This document shows, in pieces, positions 38,517 to 47,289 of a stretch of 64,000 nucleotides of DNA. The position numbers and the translations under genes were made by a program. Source of the stretch: Anaerolineaceae bacterium (GTDB lineage: Bacteria > Chloroflexota > Anaerolineae > Anaerolineales > Anaerolineaceae); assembly GCA_034435955.1 (NCBI GenBank), contig DAOTWA010000027.1:16325-80324 (forward strand). The letters are read 5' to 3'. The notes beneath the pieces were generated by a model. It saw only the letters and a program-made list of their open reading frames with translations. It was not told where the DNA came from and searched no databases. The stretch's first letter is position 1. Each line of letters opens with the position of its first letter.

Positions 38517-40746
38517 GGATGGATTTCTCCCAAAATGTCTGCAACGCAATGAAAGGCGCCGCCGGCTGCTGATCGCCACGCTGGCCGCTGTTCCAGGTGA
38601 CAATCAGCTCTTTTTTGGCGCGGGTGATGCCGACATACAGCAGGCGCAGCCGCTCGGCGGCGTATGCCAGGCGCGCCTGGCGAGTGGCGACACCTTCCTC
38701 CAGATTCCAACCAGCCGGATCGCCGGCGATCAGGGCTTGAAGCTGGCTGAGGGTCTCGGCTGTTAGGTTGAGATGACCTCGCACGAAGTATTTCTCGGCA
38801 ATGTAGCTGTCGCCGGGCTGGCCTGAGGGGAAATCGTAGCTGTTCACTGAGAGCAGGTACACGCGATCCCATTCGAGGCCTTTGGCTTTATGCATGGTCG
38901 CTACCACTACTTTGCCTTTATGCCTTTCGGGATCAAAGCCGGTGTCTTCGTCGCTTAAGCCGAGCATTTTGCGCTCATTGCGGGCGATCACCAGCAGCTC
39001 CTCGCTCAGGCGGGTCAAATCCCATTCCGGGTGCTCGTTTGAGGTCTGGCGTAAGATGCCAGCCAGTTTGTGCGCGACCGCCAGGTCGGCTGGACGATCG
39101 AACAAATCCTGGGCCAGCGTCAGGATGAGCTGCTCGATGGGCAGCAAGCTGGCGCTCTGCCAGCGCTGGACAAGCTCGCGAAATCCAACCAGCAGCTCAT
39201 ATACATCGCTGTCGTTCTCGGCAAGGCCGCTTTCCTCCAGCCAATCGCGTTGGGGGCGCGGCCACAGGTAATCCTCTACCCGCGGCAGTTTACGTATCAG
39301 CCGGAATCCGCGCTCGATGGCCGCGGTAGCAACCTCGTCCTCCTGCTCTGGACGCTGCCAGGCGCGCAATGCATTCGCCAGTTTGGCAGCGGCGCCAGGT
39401 TCACCCAGGTATTCGACCATCTTACCCAAGCGGTCGGCTGCCTCGCGCGTGGAATGGGTGCTCTTGAGGATCTCGATATAAGGGATGCGACGGGCCTTGA
39501 GCGCTTCGACCAGCTCTGCGCCGCGGTCATTGCGCGGAACCAGCGCCGCGACGGTCCCATCCGGGTGAGCGGCTATCCAGCTTGCCAGTGAATCGGCCAC
39601 CAGGTTCAGCTCCTCTGCCGGGGTTAGCTTCCGGGCGAACAGGTGAATGGCTCCCGGGTCGTCGGGTGGGTTAGGCTGTGGATCCCCGGGCGGTGTGGGC
39701 AGGATGTAAGGCAGCGTCAGTGTTCCACGGAGCTCCTCCACCGGATGTTCATCACGCGACCAATCGATCAGGAAATTTGCCAGGCGCAGGATGCTGGCAG
39801 TCGAACGGCCTGAGTTGGGCAGCTCGCGGGACTCGACGTCCTCGCGCTTTAGAAAATCAATGAGGAATTTTGGGCTGGCAGTGGTGAAGGTCTCATATAT
39901 AGATTGGTTAGGGTCCCCGACGCGCACCCAGTTACCGCCCTCGCCGGCCAGCAGGCGCAGGATTTCCTCCTGCAGCCGGCTGCTGTCCTGGGCTTCGTCC
40001 TCGAGGATGTATGGCCAGCGGCGGCGCAGCCTGGAGAGGTAGTCCGGATCATTGAGCAGCACCTGCAAAGCCAGTCGGATCAGATCGTCGAAGTCGACCG
40101 CACCGCGGTAAGCCAGCGCACGCTGGTAATCGGCGTAGACCTCGGCGCCCATCTCTACCAGCGGCAGGCTGGCGCCGCTCTCCTCCAGCCGCTGGCGCAA
40201 CTCGGCGGGGGTTAACTGCATGTCCTTGGCTGTCTTAATGAACGCGCCGGCAATTTCCATTACCAGCTCAGGCCAGCGTTCTCGACGGTCGCGGCGCTGG
40301 TTGAAGTCGTCTCGATCTGGATCCAGAAATAAGTCGGCTGCCTCCTGGTTGGAGTGGATCCACGCATCCACCGATGCCCGTAAAATGCCTTCGGCAGCCC
40401 GCTCGTCAATGATGGCGAAATCGCCAGACAAATTGGCCAGCTCGGGACGTTCGCGCACGATGTCATGCGCCAGACCGTGCAGGGTGCGCACCCGATAGCC
40501 CACATGCGGCAATAAACCGCGCTCGGCTATAAAAGCGGCCACCCTACGAGCGAAATTGTCCACCGCTGAGTTGACCAGAGTCACGATCAGCACTTCCTGG
40601 TCCTCTGCTACGCGCCCTTCTGCTATCAACCGGGCAGCCAGATAGGAAAGCGTTTGCGTCTTTCCACTCCCTGGTACTGCCGAGACTCCCATCCAGCCGC
40701 CGGAGTAATTGAGCACCTCTTCCTGCAAAGGGCGGGGTTTAAACAT
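38494..40746 (-). CDS. UvrD/Rep/AddA-type superfamily 1 DNA helicase (all motifs intact, no nuclease domain)
   Basis: Motif I AVPGSGKTQT, Ia IVTLVNSAVDNF, II YILEDEAQDSS, III VRVGDPNQSIYETF, V ATMHKAKGLEWDRV, VI LLYVGITRAKKELIV. ATG 40746 overlaps the upstream stop in ATGTTTAA. Confidence 0.88.
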   Translation of the reverse strand: MFKPRPLQEEVLNYSGGWMGVSAVPGSGKTQTLSYLAARLIAEGRVAEDQEVLIVTLVNSAVDNFARRVAAFIAERGLLPHVGYRVRTLHGLAHDIVRERPELANLSGDFAIIDERAAEGILRASVDAWIHSNQEAADLFLDPDRDDFNQRRDRRERWPELVMEIAGAFIKTAKDMQLTPAELRQRLEESGASLPLVEMGAEVYADYQRALAYRGAVDFDDLIRLALQVLLNDPDYLSRLRRRWPYILEDEAQDSSRLQEEILRLLAGEGGNWVRVGDPNQSIYETFTTASPKFLIDFLKREDVESRELPNSGRSTASILRLANFLIDWSRDEHPVEELRGTLTLPYILPTPPGDPQPNPPDDPGAIHLFARKLTPAEELNLVADSLASWIAAHPDGTVAALVPRNDRGAELVEALKARRIPYIEILKSTHSTREAADRLGKMVEYLGEPGAAAKLANALRAWQRPEQEDEVATAAIERGFRLIRKLPRVEDYLWPRPQRDWLEESGLAENDSDVYELLVGFRELVQRWQSASLLPIEQLILTLAQDLFDRPADLAVAHKLAGILRQTSNEHPEWDLTRLSEELLVIARNERKMLGLSDEDTGFDPERHKGKVVVATMHKAKGLEWDRVYLLSVNSYDFPSGQPGDSYIAEKYFVRGHLNLTAETLSQLQALIAGDPAGWNLEEGVATRQARLAYAAERLRLLYVGITRAKKELIVTWNSGQRGDQQPAAPFIALQTFWEKSIHAAAETG

Positions 40747-42871
40747 TCTGCACCTCCGCCGCGACTGGCAGATGGCGCAGCACCTGCTGAAAGGCGCGCA
40801 GGAGCTGGCCTTGCTGCTCATAGCCCTGCTCGCCCAGCTCACACAGCCCCAGGAAGATGCGCCTGCGGCAGCGTCGGATCAGGCCGGCGGCCAGGCGGTA
40901 GAGCGCTTCCTGACGCGTCTCAAACTCGTCTGCATCGGTCCATCCTCGGCCGGCAGGCCACTCCCGGCTGAGCACGTATGGATGGGTTAACGGCTGATCC
41001 AGCCGTTCCCACCAGCCAGCGCTGCCTACATCCAGCCAGAATTGGACCTCGACCGGGCGATTGGCCATCAGAAAGGTATACGCCGGCGCCAGCAGGACAG
41101 CGTCTTCCAGGCCCCTCTGCCAGGCCTGCAGGTACTGGGCAGCGATCACCCCTTCCCTCACCATCCGCACATATTCCTCGGCAAGGGTAAAATCCTCCAA
41201 AGTCGGCGCAGCGGACATCACCCAACGGAACTTGCGCGCCGATTCAATGAGCGTGGCTGCGGCCGCGCCTGCGTCATAATTGTGGTGAAAGCCATATCCT
41301 GGCTGGGATAAAACCTCACCAAAGAGCCGGCTGAAGAAGGCATCCAGCTCAATCTTGGGGCCTTGACGGTAGGCTTCGATCCAGTCGCGCAGAGCCTGAT
41401 AGCGCTGTCCACTTGTGTAGGTGATACGCTGCTGCATCTCGGTTCGAATGGCGTCGAAGCCGCCCAAGATATTCTCGCGCGGCCGATAAACGATCTCAGC
41501 CAGCAGACGCGCCCGTACCAGGTCCAATCCTTCGATGGACTGCATCAGGGCAAAGGCGACCTCGGTACGCGTCGGGCGGGGCTGCCATTCAGGGTGGGCC
41601 AGATGGGCCAGGGTGAGCAAACAACGTACAGCCGGCTCTTCGCGCAGGCTGCGGGAAGGGCGATGGGTGCGTACAGGTATCCCAAGGCGCTCGAGACGGT
41701 AAGAGAGCGAGAAGCGCAGCGCATCGGAGAGGAAGGGCGCCAGGACGACGATCTCACCGGGAGGCACATTCTGCCGGTTGACCAGATGATCGATGCGCAT
41801 AGCCACCCAATCCAGCATCTCAGGATAAAAACGCTGGTACTCGAAAGAGAAGGATGCGCGGATTTCTTCGGGCGCCGGTTCTGCTTCTTCCGTGGAGACG
41901 GATACCCGTCCAAGTACGCGCGCCAGGCGATTGGACAACCCGCGCAAACCAGGACTGCTGACGAAGCTCTCCTGCAGCGTGAGCCTGGTCTGGCAATGAT
42001 CTTTCAACGCGTATCCGCTCAGCGGATCGGCGGCCAGGAAGCGTCTGAAGCCGGCCTCCCAATCGTAAACCAGCAAGGCCGATTGGGTGTGAGGAAGCCA
42101 ATCCGTTAATATGTCGTGCGCGAAAGGGCTGTCCTCTTCCACATTATCCACGATCAGGTGCCGGTAGCGGCTGAATAAATATTCCCGGAATATGGGCAGC
42201 GGCCAAAGGTGGCGTTTGAATACTTCCACCTGCAGCGAAAAATCCAGCAGATTGTTTTCCAGGCAGTAGCGGCGGAAGCGCGTGGCGCATTCCTGGGCAT
42301 CTGCATAGACGCGGGCCTGGGAGCCCTCGCCAATCCAGGCGCTGGAGAGGCGTTGTCCGATTTCCTCGTACGGGAAACCCACCAGCGCAGCCTTGTTAAG
42401 GTTATCGAGAATCTGGCCATACAGGCGGTTGGGATCGATGATCAGAGATTCAAACAGGCCCTGGTTGAGGGCAGGTCGAACCAGACGCGCCATGAAGTAC
42501 TGCGCGGTTTCCAGGGTCAGGAAAGTGGGCGGGTTTTGCGGTCTGGCGAATCCAGCCGCTCCGGCGACCAACGGCCAGAATAAATCCACCATACGCTGGG
42601 CCAACCCGCCCATGGTAGCCAGATTAATGAGGCCGGGCGAATCCAGCGCCGGATCGCGTGCGGCCTGCAGATAGGGCGCTCTCAGCGTCCGTTGCGGGAC
42701 AATCACCAAGATCGATCCCGGTGTTATTCCCGCTGAGATCAACGCCCGTAGGCGAGCCACCGCGGCGGTCGTCTTACCGCAACCCGCCGCTCCTTCGATA
42801 AAAGCGGAGCCTTCCAAAGGGAGGTCGACGATTTCTTTCTGCCGTGCAGTCAGAGGGATGGCAGACATCAC
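40739..42871 (-). CDS. UvrD-like superfamily 1 ATPase with degenerate helicase motifs (AddB-like accessory subunit candidate)
   Basis: Walker A EGAAGCGKTTAA is intact. Motif II reads LIVDNVEEDSP (DN in place of DE). The motif III region VYDWEAGFRRFLAAD lacks the conserved Gln. GTG 42871 or ATG 42868 lies 3-6 nt after the exonuclease stop. Confidence 0.7.
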   Translation of the reverse strand: MMSAIPLTARQKEIVDLPLEGSAFIEGAAGCGKTTAAVARLRALISAGITPGSILVIVPQRTLRAPYLQAARDPALDSPGLINLATMGGLAQRMVDLFWPLVAGAAGFARPQNPPTFLTLETAQYFMARLVRPALNQGLFESLIIDPNRLYGQILDNLNKAALVGFPYEEIGQRLSSAWIGEGSQARVYADAQECATRFRRYCLENNLLDFSLQVEVFKRHLWPLPIFREYLFSRYRHLIVDNVEEDSPFAHDILTDWLPHTQSALLVYDWEAGFRRFLAADPLSGYALKDHCQTRLTLQESFVSSPGLRGLSNRLARVLGRVSVSTEEAEPAPEEIRASFSFEYQRFYPEMLDWVAMRIDHLVNRQNVPPGEIVVLAPFLSDALRFSLSYRLERLGIPVRTHRPSRSLREEPAVRCLLTLAHLAHPEWQPRPTRTEVAFALMQSIEGLDLVRARLLAEIVYRPRENILGGFDAIRTEMQQRITYTSGQRYQALRDWIEAYRQGPKIELDAFFSRLFGEVLSQPGYGFHHNYDAGAAAATLIESARKFRWVMSAAPTLEDFTLAEEYVRMVREGVIAAQYLQAWQRGLEDAVLLAPAYTFLMANRPVEVQFWLDVGSAGWWERLDQPLTHPYVLSREWPAGRGWTDADEFETRQEALYRLAAGLIRRCRRRIFLGLCELGEQGYEQQGQLLRAFQQVLRHLPVAAEVQNV

Positions 42872-42874
42872 GGT

Positions 42875-43453
42875 TTAGATCGAACTTGTGGCCATGTGAA
42901 GCAGCAAAGCTCGCGCCAGCAGAGCATCATCCCGGGAGCGGTGGCTGTTAGGCAGCGGAATGTGGCACTGCAGCCCGGCGTTTTCCAGCGAGATCCAGCG
43001 GTAACTTCCTCGCCGCGAATCCCATTCCCCATGAAAAATTGAATAGATTTCCATTAAATCAACCAAATCGGGAGTGAAATCCCAGAGCAGTTGGCTGTTT
43101 CGATGGGACTGGCGCATCATACGCAGGTCGAAGGGGGCATTGTAGGCGGCCACGTGCCGGTTTTGCAGCAGCGCCTGAACACGGGGCCAAAGCTGCGCCC
43201 AAGTTGGCGCTCCCTGCACCATCTCATTAGTGATGCCATGGATGAGCATGGCGTCGCGCGGTATGGGCGTAAGTGGCTTTACCAGCGAATCGAGCAGAAC
43301 TTTGCCATCCCAGTCGAGTATAGATACTTCGATGATCTCAGCCCGCTCGTCCAGGCCGGTGGTCTCGGTATCCAGGAACAGCGGCTGCTCGTTCAGCAGC
43401 TTGCGCGCCTGGAAGATGGCTGCCAGTCGATCTTGCTTGCGTAACGATAACAT
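42875..43453 (-). CDS. DEDDh 3'-5' exonuclease (DnaQ/epsilon-like)
   Basis: Exo I LFLDTETTGL, Exo II VAAYNAPFDLRMM, Exo III HRSRDDALLARAL (H-x4-D). Confidence 0.85.
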   Translation of the reverse strand: MLSLRKQDRLAAIFQARKLLNEQPLFLDTETTGLDERAEIIEVSILDWDGKVLLDSLVKPLTPIPRDAMLIHGITNEMVQGAPTWAQLWPRVQALLQNRHVAAYNAPFDLRMMRQSHRNSQLLWDFTPDLVDLMEIYSIFHGEWDSRRGSYRWISLENAGLQCHIPLPNSHRSRDDALLARALLLHMATSSI

Positions 43454-43597
43454 GATCAGGTCCCTGCGCCACTATCGGTGCGGCCGATAGAATATAAGCA
43501 GGCAGTTGGCAGAAGATGGTGAAAGTTTATTCCATCTAGGTTGGTGTGTCAATCAGATCACCCACTCCCAGACGGCGGTGGTTGTCGGAAATCGGTT

Positions 43598-44473
43598 TTA
43601 CCGGAGGGTCAGGGGGAAATAAAAGGAGTAGTTTTCGAACATGTCATCCTGGGTCAAATAGATCGAATCATCACTGCTCGACGTTTGAATTCCAGAACGC
43701 AATTCGACGCTTACGGTGTGCATCCCTTTGCCGGCGGCAAGCGTCCAAACCAGCCGCTCCTGGAAAGGCTGCCAGTTGCCCCATTCTCCGCCGTCGTTGC
43801 GCAGGCGCATCTCCGTCCAGATGTCTTTCCCATAAATGTATAGAGATACCTGCCGCGTATTGGTCTTGTCCGCCTCCCCGTCGATCACCACCGGGTAGAC
43901 GTCAGGACGGCGCCCGAAGTCCTGCACCCAATAAGCGCTGGCGTAGCCCGAACCGATCTCGCGGTAATTTGGGTTGAGGATATTCTCACGATGGCCTGCG
44001 CTGCCCATCCAGGCTGTGACCACTGCCTGAGGATCGGGGTAATTCCAGGCGATATTCTCACCACGATAATCCGCGCCTGAATAATAGTTATCCAGCCGCG
44101 ACGACCATGAACACTCCCACACCAGATTTCCCTGTACACGGTCATAGGTATCGTGTTCGACGTACTGATCCTGGAGCATATCGGCGGCGTGATAGCGGGC
44201 TGCGTCGTCGAGGTGAGCGCTGCGCTTGAGCGGCGGCAGACCGTACTTCGCCCGCTCCTGATTGGTCAGCACGACCACCTGCTGTTCGTAATCAGCGTTC
44301 TCCGCCGCGACCAGCGAGCCGCCGCAGCCGGTGAAGGTTGGCGTGAGCAGCGAACTGAGCGGCCCATCGACGGCAATCGCGCGTCCCGCTGCCGGAGAGA
44401 CAGGCGCCAGCGACAGGATTAAATTTACGAGGAGGAGAGCAGCCAGCCGCTTACCGGGTAATGGTTTTGGCAA
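43598..44473 (-). CDS. secreted CAP/SCP (PR-1-like) domain protein with extra C-terminal domain
   Basis: Signal peptide KRLAALLLVNLILSLAPVSPAAG. CAP motifs LTNQERAKYGLPPLK...AARYHAADM...GENIAWNY...AWMGSAGHRENILNPNYREIGSGY. Confidence 0.8.
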   Translation of the reverse strand: MPKPLPGKRLAALLLVNLILSLAPVSPAAGRAIAVDGPLSSLLTPTFTGCGGSLVAAENADYEQQVVVLTNQERAKYGLPPLKRSAHLDDAARYHAADMLQDQYVEHDTYDRVQGNLVWECSWSSRLDNYYSGADYRGENIAWNYPDPQAVVTAWMGSAGHRENILNPNYREIGSGYASAYWVQDFGRRPDVYPVVIDGEADKTNTRQVSLYIYGKDIWTEMRLRNDGGEWGNWQPFQERLVWTLAAGKGMHTVSVELRSGIQTSSSDDSIYLTQDDMFENYSFYFPLTLR

Positions 44474-44620
44474 TAAAAACCTCTATTACAGGTCTGCAGC
44501 CATGCAAGCAGACGAATAGATATATGGTCTTACTATGGCTTACCAGGATGGGGCGATTATACCTCAAATAGGTCAGCTGAAGGAGTCACGGGTGACGTAT
44601 TCGATATGATCGTATTCATA

Positions 44621-44662
44621 TTTAATAAAATGCGGAACCGGCGCACTCAATAAGCCGGTTCC
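44621..44662 (-). terminator. rho-independent terminator downstream of the lipoprotein gene
   Basis: Perfect 9-bp stem ggaaccggc (44634-44642) / gccggttcc (44654-44662). On the minus strand it is followed by cattttattaaa. Confidence 0.55.
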
Positions 44663-44698
44663 AACAGTGCAGGCTTATCAGCATCCGCCCATCGGCTG

Positions 44699-45661
44699 TT
44701 ATGGCGTCGGATTCTCCCAATAGGCCACCTGATCGAACGAGACGCTCAACTTCTCGGTTTGATTAGCCCCCACAAACAGTCCAAAACCGCCTTCCTGGAC
44801 GAAGGTGCTGTCACTCACCTCTTTCAACAGCGTCCCATTGGCATAAAGTATGAAGCGGTTGTCGACCGCCATCAACCCGATCCGGTTGGTCTGGTTCGAT
44901 CCGACCAGTATGGGGGTGCCTTTCGTCCAAGGGATCAGCGATGTCATGGTCTTGCCGTCCCATTTGCGGAACGAGTAACGCCCGTCGCAGGTAAAACCGA
45001 CCAAATAACCTTGATTAGCCGCCTGGATATCTGGCACACGCACAATGGCCCCGTAGCGGTCCCCACCCATGCAGGTCCCGATCTTAGCCGTCACCTCCAG
45101 ATAGAAGTTTTTGACCTTTGGCCAGGACAACCGCCACCCGTCAGTCGTGGTCAGACCCGTCATCACCAGGGCCCCATCTTTGACCTCCACCGCAGTAAAC
45201 TGATCCTCGCCGAGCGGCCAGTTGCGCCCATCGTTGAAGTTGTCCACCCAGGTCGGGCTGCCGAGGCGCAGTTTAGGATCTCCGGGTGGTGGTGTGAATG
45301 TGGGGCCAGCCGTCGCCGCAGGGGTGCCGGTCGCTGTCGGAGAGGCTGTGGCCGTGGCCGTTCCGCTTGGGACAGCGGTTCCGGTCGGCGCAGTTGTGCT
45401 GCCGGGCGTGATAACCGTTTCAGTCGGCGGCGCCGGGTAAGCGGGCGTTTCCTGCGGCAGGACGGTGACCACCGCCGGGCCAGTGGGTTGGGGTGCGGTG
45501 GGCTGCGCTGCTGGTTTGGTTGCGGTTGGCATGGAAGTCAAGATTGCAGCCACCTGAGAGGCCATTTCTGCTTCGGACTGCGTTGGATTGGCCTGTTGCA
45601 GGATACCACAGGCGGTCAAAATAAAGGTCAGAGCGATAAAAATTATCCAGTTGCGCTTCAT
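44699..45661 (-). CDS. lipoprotein with long Pro/Thr/Ala linker and jelly-roll-like domain (paralogue of 29756-30559)
   Basis: MKRNWIIFIALTFILTACG (lipobox LTAC). Linker PTATKPAAQPTAPQPTGP...TATATASPTATGTPAATAGPTFTPPPGDP. The C-terminal domain aligns with the other paralogue (GDP..LG.PTW.D.FNDG, DFYLE, C.G.DRYG, GY...F.CDG.Y, LIPWT, NRIGLMA, LYANG.LLK, GLF). Confidence 0.8.
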   Translation of the reverse strand: MKRNWIIFIALTFILTACGILQQANPTQSEAEMASQVAAILTSMPTATKPAAQPTAPQPTGPAVVTVLPQETPAYPAPPTETVITPGSTTAPTGTAVPSGTATATASPTATGTPAATAGPTFTPPPGDPKLRLGSPTWVDNFNDGRNWPLGEDQFTAVEVKDGALVMTGLTTTDGWRLSWPKVKNFYLEVTAKIGTCMGGDRYGAIVRVPDIQAANQGYLVGFTCDGRYSFRKWDGKTMTSLIPWTKGTPILVGSNQTNRIGLMAVDNRFILYANGTLLKEVSDSTFVQEGGFGLFVGANQTEKLSVSFDQVAYWENPTP

Positions 45662-45793
45662 GTTGGCAACCCCTTTTTCTCCTGTTTTTGGGCCAGTGCC
45701 GGCGACGTCAAGCCATGGACAGTCATTTGCATGACGTGCAGGGGCATAAAAAAGTTCCGCTCTATTTCATTATAGCCGGGTTTATGCCACAGG

Positions 45794-46687
45794 TCAGGAG
45801 AACATGAAGATCAGCGCCACTCCGGCGATGGCCGCGAAGGTGCCGAACAGGGCCCGTACGCTCACCTTTTCCTTCAGCAGCCAGCGGGCAAAGGGCAACA
45901 ACATGATTGGGGTAAGCGCCATCAAAGTTGAAGCAATGCCCACATAAGTCCGTTGCACCGCTACCAGGGACAGCCACACGCCGATTAATGAACCGATAAA
46001 GCTGCCAGCGGCGATGGTGCGCACCACTGCGCCATTTTTCAGCGCTTGTAAAGTTGGCAGGAGCTGTCCGGAGACAATGGTCACCGCCCACATAGCCAGC
46101 ATGGCGATCAGCATACGGATGACCACTGCCGCCAGGGCCGGGAAGTCGCCGTAAAGCCCTTTCTTGGCCAGGATCAATCCGACGGCCTGGCCGATCGCTC
46201 CACCCAGGCCGCACAAAATGCCCAAGGCGAACTGCCGCGGTGTGCGTTGCCCACCATTGTCATTGCTGCGTTCCAGGATCACCCAGGACACACCCGCGAC
46301 CGAGAGCAAGATGCCGGCGATCTCTACAAGGGCGAGCTTCTCTCCCAGGAAGATCCACGCCATTATCGTGCTGATTACCGGCACGATGGCCATGATCAGC
46401 ATGGCAAGTCGGGGTCCAATTAGAACAAAGGCTTGCATGAGAAACGAATCGCCCAGGGTCAGCCCTACCAGGCCAGACAGGCCCAACCAAAACCAGCGGT
46501 CGCTGCTCGCGGTAAATGGGATGGGACTGCCCGCCACCGCCCATTCTACCAGGGCGAGCATTACCACTGCGAACAACAGCCGCAGCCGATTGGTGGTCAA
46601 TGAGCCGACCGTCTTGCCAGAAGAGGTGAAAAGCAAGGACGAAAGAGTCCATGAAAATGCTGTCAGTAATGCTGCCGCCTCGCCCAT
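45794..46687 (-). CDS. EamA/DMT-family transporter
   Basis: 297 aa counted from ATG 46687 (MGEAAALLTAFSWTLSS). About ten hydrophobic helices in two EamA-like halves. A TATAAT promoter and an AAAGGA Shine-Dalgarno support this internal start over 46807. Confidence 0.8.
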   Translation of the reverse strand: MGEAAALLTAFSWTLSSLLFTSSGKTVGSLTTNRLRLLFAVVMLALVEWAVAGSPIPFTASSDRWFWLGLSGLVGLTLGDSFLMQAFVLIGPRLAMLIMAIVPVISTIMAWIFLGEKLALVEIAGILLSVAGVSWVILERSNDNGGQRTPRQFALGILCGLGGAIGQAVGLILAKKGLYGDFPALAAVVIRMLIAMLAMWAVTIVSGQLLPTLQALKNGAVVRTIAAGSFIGSLIGVWLSLVAVQRTYVGIASTLMALTPIMLLPFARWLLKEKVSVRALFGTFAAIAGVALIFMFS

Positions 46688-46720
46688 AATGTTCGTGTCC
46701 TTTCGCCAGAAATATGGCCG

Positions 46721-46749
46721 ATTATAACCGGTATTGGATGCTTTGTAAG
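46721..46749 (-). promoter_or_regulatory. sigma-70-like promoter for the EamA transporter gene
   Basis: Minus strand: CTTACA (46749-46744), a 17-nt spacer, then a perfect TATAAT (46726-46721). It lies about 34 nt upstream of ATG 46687. Confidence 0.4.
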
Positions 46750-47289
46750 TATTAATTTCTGAGCGCTCGGGCGTCAGCCAGCAAACCAGTGGCGACACAA
46801 TCGCCATTTTCCCTTTGAGTGGATGAGGAAAGCCTGTTCGGTCTGTACACCGAAAGTCGTTAGCTGGCCGCCAGGATGGGTTTACCCACCATCGGTGCGG
46901 ATACGGTTGAAGATTTGGACCGGTTGGCCGATCTGGTCTTCCGGCTCAACCATTGCCCGCCTGATCATTCGCATCCGCGATGAAGGTTCTCTCGATGCGG
47001 CGGATGGATGCGCTCCGCTCTGCTTGGCGTGTCCTGCTTTCCAGGCATGATAGATATTGATACTGGGGAATAAATTTAAGGGTTGGTCAATGGCGATCCA
47101 TGGATCGCTTGATCCTGAAAGAGAGGCTCACGAAGTCTTTGCGCAGGCCAATGGGTTGGCTGAATATATTTTTCAAGGAGGCGTCCACCACATACTCACC
47201 GGGGGACGTTTCCTGAAAGTGTGTCCGAACGAAATGCTGTCTTCTTGGCAGACTGGTCTGTTCCCACACCCCCAGACGCGCGTAAATGG

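Noticed and set aside
34002-43453. The helicase/nuclease operon as a known anti-phage defence system (Gabija, Hachiman, DISARM, Nhi and similar).
   Set aside because: The window has no OLD/TOPRIM ATPase, methyltransferase, HamA-like, SNF2/DUF1998 or other hallmark partner. The locus is not flanked by mobile or other defence genes, and it includes RecJ. A housekeeping DNA-end-processing role fits better, though defence cannot be excluded without neighbourhood statistics.
44759-45775. 338-aa ORF antisense to lipoprotein paralogue 2, and the similar 58460-59224 ORF antisense to the sugar-binding protein.
   Set aside because: The sense frames have lipoboxes and conserved domains, and the lipoprotein has a paralogue elsewhere in the window. 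The antisense products are Arg/Gly-rich nonsense.
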